Source: an uncultured Chloroflexia bacterium
Lineage (GTDB): Bacteria > Chloroflexota > Anaerolineae > CG2-30-64-16
Direction: 5' to 3'
Assembly (NCBI GenBank): GCA_963774265.1
Contig: CAVZDU010000005.1
Coordinates: forward strand, 224,001 to 288,000
Length of the DNA stretch: 64,000 nt
The first letter of the stretch is position 1, and each line of letters begins with the position of its first letter. The notes below the pieces were generated by a model. The model saw nothing but the letters and a program-made list of their open reading frames with translations. It was not told the origin of the DNA and did no database searches. Made by a program: the position numbers and the translations under genes. Shown piece after piece: positions 1 to 8,855 of the stretch.

Positions 1-884
1 ACCGCGAGCCGCCGAAAGACCGTCCGCTCCGCAGCCGACAGCAACTCGTGGCTCCAGTCGAAGGTGGCCTCGAGCGCGCGATGGCGCTGGGGCGCGGTGC
101 GCAGGCTGCTGGTGAGCAGGTGGAAGCGGTCGTCCAGGCGCCCGGCGATTTGCTGCACGGAGAGCACGCGCATCCGGGCTGCCGCCAGCTCGATCGCCAA
201 CGGCAGCCCGTCCAGGCGGCGGCAGATATCGGCAATCCACGGACCGTTTTCGGCAGTGAGTTGGAAGGTGGGGACAGCTTCTGTGGCCCTGGCCGCGAAT
301 AACTGCACCGCCTCGGACTCCCGAAAGGCATCGAGCGCGGCGCGTTTGCTCGCAGGAGAGAGCCACGGCTGGCGGTTTGGAACGGTAAGGGGTGGGACGA
401 CCCAGACTAGCTCCCCGGGCACGCCCAGCGACTCGCGGCTCGTCGCCAGCAGGCGGAGGTGGGGACACGCCTGGAGCAGCGTGGCCGTAAGGTCGGCGAG
501 GGTCCCGAGGAGATGTTCGCAGTTGTCGAGGACCAGGAGCGCGGCGCGGGCTTGTAAGTGGTTCTGCAGGAATTCGCTCACCGTCAGCCCCGCGCTCTCC
601 CGCACCCCCAGGGCTGTCGCAACGGCCTGCGGGACGCGCTGATCCTCGCTCAGCGGGGCGAACTCGGTCAGCCAGGCTCCATCGGGGTAGTTCTGCTGCA
701 CGCTGCGCGCCACATGCAGCGCCAAGCGCGTCTTGCCCGAACCGCCCGGCCCGATCAGGGTCACCAGGCGGTGCTCGGCTAACAGGCGGATAACCTCGGC
801 GGTCTCACGGCCGCGGCCAATGAACCTGGTCAGCGGCGCCGGCAGGTTGCCAGGCGAAACAGGGTCACGGTATGTGTGGTTCAT
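1..884 (-). CDS. STAND/NB-ARC-type ATPase regulator, N-terminal part (runs off window start)
   Basis: Manual minus-strand translation from ATG 884: MNHTYRDPVSPGNLPAPLTRFIGR...LVTLIGPGGSGKTRLA (Walker A)...LLVLDNCEH (Walker B)...LDGLPLAIELAAAR...RHRALEATFDWSHELL. Not in the ORF track because no stop lies inside the window. Alternative GTG start at 899. Confidence 0.9.
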   Translation of the reverse strand, partial: MNHTYRDPVSPGNLPAPLTRFIGRGRETAEVIRLLAEHRLVTLIGPGGSGKTRLALHVARSVQQNYPDGAWLTEFAPLSEDQRVPQAVATALGVRESAGLTVSEFLQNHLQARAALLVLDNCEHLLGTLADLTATLLQACPHLRLLATSRESLGVPGELVWVVPPLTVPNRQPWLSPASKRAALDAFRESEAVQLFAARATEAVPTFQLTAENGPWIADICRRLDGLPLAIELAAARMRVLSVQQIAGRLDDRFHLLTSSLRTAPQRHRALEATFDWSHELLSAAERTVFRRLA

Positions 885-1124
885 CGCGCGTGCCGTCACT
901 TGACTGGTCCGTGTGGGACAAGACAGGTGCTATTATAACACAGGGTCTGGGGATGGTATGTGCGTCCGGGTTGTGGGGGCGACCGCAGGTAACCCACTAG
1001 AGTCTGTTATGCATTTTGACTGATCACTTAGCAGGCAGGGGAGCGATCAAGGTCACGCTCATTGCGGGGGAGCCGTTAAAGAAGGCGAATGGCGGCCAAG
1101 GTTGTTCCGAGATTGGGCGGGAAA

Positions 1125-1195
1125 AGGGGGGCCTTGCCGTCGCAAGGTGAGTGACTGCTCACGTACCCGCGAAGCGACAGGCGTCAGGCCCCCCT
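1125..1195 (-). terminator. Long hairpin, probable intrinsic terminator of the DUF4242-ScyD/E operon
   Basis: AGGGGGGCCT (1125-1134) pairs with AGGCCCCCCT (1186-1195); followed by a T-run on the minus strand; begins 7 nt after the stop at 1202. Confidence 0.6.
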
Positions 1196-1201
1196 GGTTA
1201 C

Positions 1202-2211
1202 TCAACGCGATACGCCGTGGGGCGGAGTCGAGACGTGGTCGATCTTCCAGATCTCCCCGGTGAGGGTGACCACGTACGCGGTGTTCCCGATGAACTCGAG
1301 CGAGGTCGGTTGGTTCAGACCGCCAATGATAACGGTGAACGTGCCGTTCCCGTTGACCTCCACGAGCGCGCCGGTGTTCGGCTTCGCCGGACTGCCTGCA
1401 TCGTCAGGGATGGTCCCCTCCCAGACACCCTGCGAGAGGGCGTAGAGCTTGCGACCGAGGCCAAACTCCACGTCGACGAGGAGCCTTCCGCCGGAGGCCA
1501 CCACCGACTGGCGGTGGGCGACTTCGACTCGAACGATACCACCTTGCCGTCCTGGGGCAGGTGGGGGAGGGGGCCGGCCTCGGCCATGTAAATCGTGTTG
1601 CCCCACACTGCCAGCCCGGTCGGCACAATGTTGCCGAACGCGATCAACTCGGTGACGCTGCCGTCGAGCCTGACCCGCAACACGCGGTTGAGGTGTCCAT
1701 CGGTGACCAGAAAGCCGCCACGGTAGGGTTGCATCGCGTACTGCACTCCGGTCGGAACGCCGAATGGAGTGTTCGGCGGGTGGTTCATGGAGAACGTGCC
1801 AATGTCCGCGATGACGGTGAAGGAGTCCAGGTCGTCTACCCGGTAGATGCCGACAACATCGCTGCCACCCACATCGGAGCCAACGAGCGTGACGAGTACG
1901 TACGCGGTCTTATCGATGAACGCGATGTCCATCGCTCCACCCAGAGGTTTGATCCTTTTCGGCAGACCGCTGGCGAACGTCTTGACGTTCCCGGTCTTGG
2001 GATCGACACGCAAGATCCTGCCGGCTGCGGTTTCGGTGACATACAGCGCACCATCCGGGCCGATGGTGCTGCCCGAGCCACCTTGCAGGCCCGAGACCAG
2101 CAGGGAGGCAGTGGGCGCCCCGGACGAAATTGGGGCTGCGTATGCGGTGACACTGCCAAGGACGAGCATACAACTTATGGCGAGACCTATCGCCAGGTTT
2201 TTCCTGTTCAT
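1202..2211 (-). CDS. ScyD/ScyE-family secreted beta-propeller protein (one frameshift near 1500)
   Basis: Signal peptide (MNRKNLAIG...TAYA), GPDGALYVTE, VPTG..GGFLVTDGHLNRVLRV, VPTGLAV..IYMAEAGP; C-terminus continues in ORF 1202..1606 (LLVDVEFG...GLNQPTSLEFIGNTAYVVTLTGEIWKI). Confidence 0.8.
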
Positions 2212-2342
2212 GACATTTCTCCTTAATTGGATGTCTGGTTGCCAGCATTGGGTATGTTATGATGTGCTCGACACTCACTCGCTTGCCGAGCAACTGGGGG
2301 CTCTGACCCTCAGAAGACCCCAGTCGCCGTATCTCCAACTCG

Positions 2343-2786
2343 TTACCGCCCACCACCCGGCACGTGCTTCTCCGAAGGCGCGGTGCGTCCCGCATAGGAC
2401 CTGCCCGTCGGGGCAATTTCGCTGTTCACCGAACCGTTGCCAATAGCGGGTTTGGCGAGCATGAGAGGACCGTGCGCATAGTACTCGGCCATTGCGGTGT
2501 ACCGGGCGGCGGCGGCGGCATTGCTGCGCTCAAGCCTGGCCGCATCACTGGCGGCGTAAGCCTCGCCCATCGCGGTGGAGCGGGCGGCAGCGGCGGCGTT
2601 GCTGCGCTGAAGCCTTGCCGCATTGTCGTGCTCTGCGGCGACATTCACGGACGAGGGGGCACTCACGGCAGTAGCGGCAACGCTCGCTTGCGATCGCACG
2701 CTCATGATCGCTCCAAGGACGAGCAGCAAAGCCGCTACGCCAAGGAATGCCAGGGTCCGCGGACTAATTCTGCTTGAGACGTTCAT
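2343..2786 (-). CDS. Secreted/membrane-anchored Ala-rich protein with two 26-aa repeats
   Basis: AGGAG RBS before ATG 2786; N-terminal hydrophobic helix; repeat AARL(Q/E)RSNAAAAAR(S/Y)TAM(G/A)E(A/Y)YA. Confidence 0.7.
   Translation of the reverse strand: MNVSSRISPRTLAFLGVAALLLVLGAIMSVRSQASVAATAVSAPSSVNVAAEHDNAARLQRSNAAAAARSTAMGEAYAASDAARLERSNAAAAARYTAMAEYYAHGPLMLAKPAIGNGSVNSEIAPTGRSYAGRTAPSEKHVPGGGR
2475..2626. repeat. 78-bp coding direct repeat x2
   Basis: 2489-2545 and 2567-2623 are near-identical, period 78 nt. Confidence 0.85.
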
Positions 2787-2851
2787 CTTCTTTTCTCCTG
2801 TAAGTTTCATCTTATACACTCCTGATTCTCTTCTTGGCGCTTCAGGTAGCT

Positions 2852-3124
2852 CTACCGGTAGAAGTAGGGGTCGAGCACGCTCACCGGCGTGATGCGGTCG
2901 ACGGGTAGGCCGTTGCGCTGGGCCGCGCTGCGCACGGCGTCCGGCGTCGGGCCATCGTAAATGCAGAAGGTTTTGCGCTTGTCCCCGGTCACATAGGACT
3001 GTATCCAGGTGACGCCGTCTTGGGTGTTGTTGTCCACCACCAGCAAGCAGGTGGCCGCGCCCTGCTCGTTTACCGGGATGGCCAGGCCGTCGGGGAAGGT
3101 TCGTTCGACCATGTAGCGAGTCAT
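2852..3124 (-). CDS. DUF4242 (SCO4226-like) domain protein
   Basis: MTRYMVERTFPDGL...GVTWIQSYVTGDKRKTFCIYDGPTPDAVRSAAQRNGLPVDRITPVSVLDPYFY is the typical family pattern; GAAAGGA RBS. Confidence 0.9.
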   Translation of the reverse strand: MTRYMVERTFPDGLAIPVNEQGAATCLLVVDNNTQDGVTWIQSYVTGDKRKTFCIYDGPTPDAVRSAAQRNGLPVDRITPVSVLDPYFYR

Positions 3125-3262
3125 TGTGTCATCCTTTCATTGTATTGGTATATCTCATGTGTCAATCTTGTACACACTATACACCCGGCGTCCGCGCATT
3201 TCGTCGGGGAAACCACTACAAAAACGCGTGGGGGAACTCTACAGAACACAGAAGATTGCCGG

Positions 3263-3291
3263 TTGACTTTATGAACTTTTGTTCGTATAAT
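3263..3291 (+). promoter_or_regulatory. Sigma70 promoter with LexA (SOS) box in the spacer
   Basis: TTGACT (3263-3268), 17 bp, TATAAT (3286-3291); GAAC-TTTT-GTTC at 3273-3284. Confidence 0.8.
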
Positions 3292-3333
3292 GATATCGGC
3301 AACCAACTTCAATGAGCTAGCTCAGGGCAAGCG

Positions 3334-4596
3334 GTGATGGACGTTCGAGAACGATTGGCGATACTGTGCCGGGCGGCAGCCTACGATGACCTGACGACGC
3401 CCAGTGGCGAGTCTTCGGGCGATGGTCGAGGGTTGTTCGTCCCCTCGGACGACACCGGCCCGATCGACGCCCGTGTCCTCCCCTGCGTCTCGCACCTCAG
3501 CACGCCCGATGGCCAACGTCGCGCGATCCTCAAGGTCCTTCAGACCAGCTCGTGCCAGAACGACTGCCACTATTGCGCGTTCCGAGCCGGCCGCGACACC
3601 CGCCGTACACACGTCACACCTGACGAGATGGCCCGCAGTTTTGATCTCATGTATCGCGCCGGCCTGGTCGAGGGGATGTTCCTGTCCTCCGGCATCGTTG
3701 GGGTGAATCGGACGATGGATGAGATGCTGGCGACCGTGGAACTGGTCCGGGAGAAGTATGGGTTTCGCGGCTACGTGCACCTGAAGCTGCTCCCCGGCGC
3801 GGAGGCGGCCCACGTGGAGGCCGCAGTGCGGCTGGCCGACCGCGTGTCAGTCAATCTGGAGGGCGCGACGCCCGAGCGCCTGGCGCGGCTGGCGCCGAAA
3901 AAGCAGACAGAAGAACTCCTGGCTCCGTTGCGCACTGCGGCGCAGGTTCGCCGGCGGCTGATCGAGTCGGGTGAACTGCCCCCCCGCGGCGATCGCTGGT
4001 CGCGAAGCGGATCCTCGGGCGCGGCCCAGGCGCATCGTTGGGGCAACGCCTGGCTCGGCCTGTCCACTCAGTTCGTCGTGGGGCCCGCGGGCGAGAGCGA
4101 CCGCGAGCTGCTGGCGACGGTCCAGATGCTCTATCGGGAGTTGCACCTCTCGCGGACCTACTATAGCGCGTTCACACCTGTCGCCCGCACCCCCCTGGAA
4201 GGCGAGCCGCCCACTTCTCCTCTTCGCGAGCATCGGCTGTACCAGGCCGATTGGCTGATGCGTTTCTACGACTTCGCGGCCGACGAGTTGCCTTTCGATC
4301 CCGCAGGTCAACTGCGGACCGATGTCGACCCAAAGGCGGCCTGGGCGCGCGCCCACCCGGAGCGCTTCCCGATCGAGGTCAACCAGGCGCCGCTGAGCCA
4401 GCTGCTCCGCATCCCCGGCATCGGCCCCCACTCGGCGGCCGCGATCATCGAAGCCCGTCACCTGGCTCCCCTATGTGAGATCGGCGATCTGCGCCGGCTG
4501 GGCGCACGCGCGGATCAGTCCGCGCCCTATGTGCTGTTGAACGGCAAACGGCCGCCATATCAGCCACCGCTGCCGCTCCCCTCCTCGCCAATTTGA
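3334..4596 (+). CDS. Putative DNA modification/repair radical SAM protein with C-terminal helix-hairpin-helix
   Basis: CQNDCHYC (CxxxCxxC), FLSSG, YVHLKLLPG, LADRVSVNLE, STQFVVG, REHRLYQADWLMRFY, LLRIPGIG. Confidence 0.9.
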   Translation: MMDVRERLAILCRAAAYDDLTTPSGESSGDGRGLFVPSDDTGPIDARVLPCVSHLSTPDGQRRAILKVLQTSSCQNDCHYCAFRAGRDTRRTHVTPDEMARSFDLMYRAGLVEGMFLSSGIVGVNRTMDEMLATVELVREKYGFRGYVHLKLLPGAEAAHVEAAVRLADRVSVNLEGATPERLARLAPKKQTEELLAPLRTAAQVRRRLIESGELPPRGDRWSRSGSSGAAQAHRWGNAWLGLSTQFVVGPAGESDRELLATVQMLYRELHLSRTYYSAFTPVARTPLEGEPPTSPLREHRLYQADWLMRFYDFAADELPFDPAGQLRTDVDPKAAWARAHPERFPIEVNQAPLSQLLRIPGIGPHSAAAIIEARHLAPLCEIGDLRRLGARADQSAPYVLLNGKRPPYQPPLPLPSSPI

Positions 4597-4621
4597 CAGG
4601 CGCACCCGCCCCAAGTATAAG
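4593..4621 (+). promoter_or_regulatory. Sigma70-type promoter, near-leaderless, for the metallophosphoesterase
   Basis: TTGACA (4593-4598), 17 bp, TATAAG (4616-4621); ATG at 4631 without an RBS. Confidence 0.55.
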
Positions 4622-4630
4622 TGGTACCCT

Positions 4631-5287
4631 ATGACGATTTGGGCGCTCCTCTCCGATGTCCACGGCCGCCGTGACCGGCTGTCGCGCGTGCTTGCCGACA
4701 TCCAGGCGCAGCGCGCCGAACAAATCCTGGCGCTCGGCGACATCGCCAGCACCAGCGCGCTGACGGAGCTCGACCGCGCCGGCGCGATCTGCGCCTTCGG
4801 AAACTGGGAGGCCTCCGGGCTGCGCGGCCTCCCCGCGCCGTACCGTGGCTGGGTGGCGCGCTGGCCTGCAGTCCTGCGCTACGATGGGTTTTGGGCCGCG
4901 CACGCCAGCCCGGTCTGGCCGGATGGCCTCGACATCGGCGGCGTGGTCGAGCATCTGCGCTCGCGCGGGCTGCACTGGACGCACCTCTTTCCCTCGATGC
5001 AGTTTTCCGAAGGCGGCCGAGCTGCGGCATTTGCTGCTTTGGAGGCCGGAGGGGCCGCGGTATTCTTTCATGGCCATACGCATCTGCAGGAAGCATGGCG
5101 GTTGCGGCCAGGCGAGGAGCCGCTGCGCATCGAGGCCGCGGCCTGCACGGACGGCGAGCTGGTCCTCGAAGACGAGAGTCGCTGGCTTGTGGGCGTGGGC
5201 AGCGTCGGCGACCCGCACGATGGACCCGGCGCCTGCTACGCACTGTACGACACGGAGGAGCGGCGCGTCCTCTGGCGCCGAGTGTAA
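4631..5287 (+). CDS. Calcineurin-like metallophosphoesterase
   Basis: SDVHG, LGD, GNWE, HASP, GHTH, GSVG motifs. Confidence 0.85.
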   Translation: MTIWALLSDVHGRRDRLSRVLADIQAQRAEQILALGDIASTSALTELDRAGAICAFGNWEASGLRGLPAPYRGWVARWPAVLRYDGFWAAHASPVWPDGLDIGGVVEHLRSRGLHWTHLFPSMQFSEGGRAAAFAALEAGGAAVFFHGHTHLQEAWRLRPGEEPLRIEAAACTDGELVLEDESRWLVGVGSVGDPHDGPGACYALYDTEERRVLWRRV

Positions 5288-5290
5288 GGA

Positions 5291-6088
5291 GTGCAACAGA
5301 TGATCGTTGGCCTGGTCCAATTCAACCCCGTCCGGTACGATGTCGCGGCGAATATCGCCCGGGTCGAGAAGCTCCTGCAGGGCGTCCGGGCGGATCTGCT
5401 GGTGCTGCCCGAGTTGGCGAACTCGGGCTATGTGTATGCTGCACCCGCAGATCTGGCGCCTTTCACCGAGCCGGCCGACGGCTCCGGTCCCTTCCTGACC
5501 GCACTCCAGGCCTGTGCTGGAAAGACCGGGGGCATCATCGTGACAGGGTTGGCCGAGCGAGGCCAGGCTGGGCTATTCAACTCGGCCATCGCGGTCGGTT
5601 CCACGGGGGTCATGCATCTCTACCGCAAAACGCACCTGTTTTTCGAGGAGCAGGACCTGTTCCTGCCGGGCGATACCGGGTTCAGCGTTTTCGAACACGC
5701 CGGAGCTCGCATCGGGATGATGATCTGCTTCGACTGGTATTTCCCCGAGTCTGCGCGCACCCTGGCCCTGCGCGGGGCGCAGATCATCGCCCATCCCTCG
5801 AACCTGGTGCTGCCCAACTGCCAGACGGCCATGGTGACGCGCTGCCTCGAGAACCGGGTGTTCGCGATCACCACGAACCGCTACGGCACAGAGACGTTGG
5901 GCGAGAAGAGCCTGACTTTCACCGGCGCCTCGCAGCTCATGAGCCCCAAGGGCGTGCGGCTGCTTCACGCGCCCGTCGAAGGGGATTGCGTGCTCCTGGC
6001 GGAGATCGACCCGGCGGACGCGGACGACAAATGCCCGACGACGCGCAATCACCTGCTGAATGATCGCCGTCCGGAGATGTATGCGTGA
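5291..6088 (+). CDS. Carbon-nitrogen hydrolase (nitrilase superfamily)
   Basis: Glu-Lys-Cys triad: VLPEL, YRKTHL, MICFDWYFPE. Confidence 0.92.
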   Translation: MQQMIVGLVQFNPVRYDVAANIARVEKLLQGVRADLLVLPELANSGYVYAAPADLAPFTEPADGSGPFLTALQACAGKTGGIIVTGLAERGQAGLFNSAIAVGSTGVMHLYRKTHLFFEEQDLFLPGDTGFSVFEHAGARIGMMICFDWYFPESARTLALRGAQIIAHPSNLVLPNCQTAMVTRCLENRVFAITTNRYGTETLGEKSLTFTGASQLMSPKGVRLLHAPVEGDCVLLAEIDPADADDKCPTTRNHLLNDRRPEMYA

Positions 6089-6212
6089 CCGCCGCCCCTG
6101 CCCTTTGCTTTCGAGGAGAGGGGGGTTAGGTCCCGTCCCGGGCCTGAAACGCGCCCTTCGAGCTCTCTTGGCGCTAGGCATCACAGCCCTTCTTGTGCTA
6201 AAATGATCTTCT

Positions 6213-6972
6213 ATGGCTCAGCACGCACACCTTGATCCATCCGCGTTCTTCTTGCAGGGTGGTCCGAACGGCATCCTGATGATCCACGGCTTCACCGGCT
6301 CGCCGCCCGAGATGCGCCTGGTCGGCGACACGCTGCAACGCGGCAGGGCTGACCGTTGCCGGACCCCGCTTGCCCGGGCATGGGACGACGGTCGAGGAGA
6401 TGAATCGCTGCAAGTGGTCGGATTGGACGGAACACGTGGAGCGATCTTACGAAGCGCTGCGGGAGCGGTGCGAGCGGGTCTTCGTGGCCGGCCTGTCGAT
6501 GGGAGGCCTGTTGACCCTCCATTTTGCAGCGCACCATCCCGAGATTCCCGGCGCAATCGCCTATTCCCCGGCCACCTGGGTTCAGAACCGGCTGCTTCCC
6601 CTGACGCCGCTCTTGCGCTACTTCATTAAGTCAAAGCCCAAAGGGCGCGACAGCGATCTGGTCGATCCCCTGGCCGATCGGCAAGTGTGGTCTTATGACC
6701 TATATCCCGTTTTTGCAGCATCCCAGCTCTACGCCCTGGCCGTACGGGTGCGGCGCCTGCTGCCGAAAATCACCTGTCCGCTCCTGATCGTCTACAGCAC
6801 GGGCGACGGCTCCATCCACCCGACCAGCGCGCAGCGCACTTACGATCGAGTCGGCTCGAAAGACAAGCACATCATCAAAATCGAAGGGTCCGGGCATGTG
6901 ATCACTGCTGATGCGCAATGGCGGTTCGTGACCGAACAGACACTCGCGTGGGTGAGGCAGCATGGCGGATAG
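6213..6972 (+). CDS. Alpha/beta-fold carboxylesterase (frameshift near 6345)
   Basis: LMIHGFTGSP in ORF 6213; LPGHGT, GLSMGG nucleophile elbow and SGHVI in ORF 6370..6972. Confidence 0.88.
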
Positions 6973-7912
6973 TGGAGCTAGCCTCAAGGATCGCGGGACC
7001 GAGGACGACCTTTACGACGTGTTATGCTACGGCACGATCAGCGTCGAGAACATCACGCATCTGTCGCACCTGCCGACCCCGCGGCGCGACGCAACGGCCA
7101 GATTTGAATATGACGACCTGGGCGGCGAGGCGCTGAATGTGGCGTTGCCCCTGGCCACGTGGGGACTGCGCGTGGCAGTGGTGGGCAACTTCATCGGCAC
7201 AGATCGCAAGGCCGAGTTCATTCGTACTGAACTGGCGCGCCACCCTGGAGTCGACACGCGCTACCTGACCCAGCACCCTAATGTCACGACTCCTTTCACG
7301 CGCGTGCTTGTCACCCCCGACGGCGAGCGCAGCCGCATCGCCTACTGGTACGATGACGTGCCAAAGGATGAGTTGACGCGCTCGGTGATGGCGCAGGCAA
7401 AGGTGCTCAGTGTGGACGCGTACGGCCGGAGTGAGCGCGATCGCGCGGCCCAGATCGCGCGCGAGCTCGGTAAAACGGTCATAGCCGCCGATGCCATCTG
7501 GCCGCAATATCCCCTCGCCAGCGTTTCTGACGTGGTGACAATCTCCTCCGCCTGGCTGCAAACCAATTTCCCGGGTGTGTTTGATTATGACCATGCGCTG
7601 GACCTGCAAGAGCGGGGTGCGGGCGTGGTGATCATCACCGATGGCAATAAACCCGTGCTCGTGGTGCGGGCGGACGGTGCGCCGTTCGGGGTTGAGCCCT
7701 ACAAAGTGCGCCGCGTGGTCGACACGAGCGGTGCGGGCGATCTCTTCAAGGCTGGCATCATCTACGGCTGGCTGCAGACCGAGTGGCCATTGGAGCAAAA
7801 GGTGAAGTTTGCGTGCGCGGCGGCTGCCTTGAACTGTGAGCGGGATCATTCAAAAGAACCTCCTCCCTCCCTGGCCGACATCCTCGCGCTCATGCGCGCA
7901 CAGCCGCGATAA
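6962..7912 (+). CDS. PfkB/ribokinase-family carbohydrate kinase
   Basis: GGEALNVA and VDTSGAGDLFKAG signatures. Confidence 0.9.
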   Translation: MADSGASLKDRGTEDDLYDVLCYGTISVENITHLSHLPTPRRDATARFEYDDLGGEALNVALPLATWGLRVAVVGNFIGTDRKAEFIRTELARHPGVDTRYLTQHPNVTTPFTRVLVTPDGERSRIAYWYDDVPKDELTRSVMAQAKVLSVDAYGRSERDRAAQIARELGKTVIAADAIWPQYPLASVSDVVTISSAWLQTNFPGVFDYDHALDLQERGAGVVIITDGNKPVLVVRADGAPFGVEPYKVRRVVDTSGAGDLFKAGIIYGWLQTEWPLEQKVKFACAAAALNCERDHSKEPPPSLADILALMRAQPR

Positions 7913-7950
7913 GCGGTCCTGCAGATTATCTAGTTCGGAGCTACGGTTTT

Positions 7951-8801
7951 ATGTCTTCTTTTGTTTTCGTCTCGCGCAACGGTGTGATGATTCCTGCCGC
8001 CGAGGCGAGCATCTCCGTCTTCAATCCGGCGATTTACGGCTCTTACGGGGTGTACGAGTCGATGCAGGTGATCGGCGGCGCAGTTTTTGAGCAAGAAGCG
8101 CATCTGCGCCGGCTCGCGCATTCCGCGCAGATCATCGAGCTGCCTCTGCCGGCCGACTTGGCGACCATCGGAACCTGGATCGCCGGCGTGGTGGCCGCAC
8201 ACGGTCGCCAGGATTGCACCATTCGTCTGTTCGTGGTGGGGCCGGACAACGGCGGCGAGCCCGCGGCCTACATCTGGGCGCAGCCGCCGGCAGTGTATCC
8301 CCCCATTTTCTACACGGAGGGCGTCAGCGCGATCACATTTGAGGCGCGGCGCTACCTGCCCGAGGCGAAATCGCTCAACACGCTGGCGAGTTTCCTGGCG
8401 CAGCGCCGGGCGCGTGCCGCGGGCGTCCACGAGGCGTTTCTCTATCATGACGGCTGCCTGACCGAGGGCTCGAACAGCAACCTGTTTGCCGTGGTGAACG
8501 ACGTGGTGCTGACCGCACCGGATCAAGAGGTGCTGGCCGGCGTCACACGAGATGTTCTGATTGCGCTGGCGCGGGGGCCGGCATCCACGTACGCGAGATG
8601 TTGCTGCCCCTCGATGAGATCAGCTGCTGGGACGAGTGCTTTATTACAAGCACCAGCCGGCACGTCATGCCGGTGACGAGTATCGACGACCAGCCCGTCG
8701 GCGACGGCAAGGTCGGGCTCCTCACAAAGCGATCGCGGGAATTGTTTGAGGCGCATTTCGACGCACAGCTCGGGCGCAGGATGAAGCTGCGCTCCAAATA
8801 A
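7951..8801 (+). CDS. Class IV PLP aminotransferase (IlvE/Dat/PabC-like; frameshift near 8575)
   Basis: GVYESM, HLRRL, AKSLN, TEGSNSNLF, LAGVTR; C-terminus DECFITSTSRHVMPVTSID in ORF 8598..8801. Confidence 0.9.
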
Positions 8802-8855
8802 GCTTGGCGCGAATCATGGCATGATGATACAATAGGGCTGATATGTGGAGAGAAG

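Noticed and set aside
6092-6130. Degenerate CCCCT...AGGAGAGGGGG REP-like hairpin
   Set aside because: Arms pair poorly and it occurs once in the window; cannot be supported.
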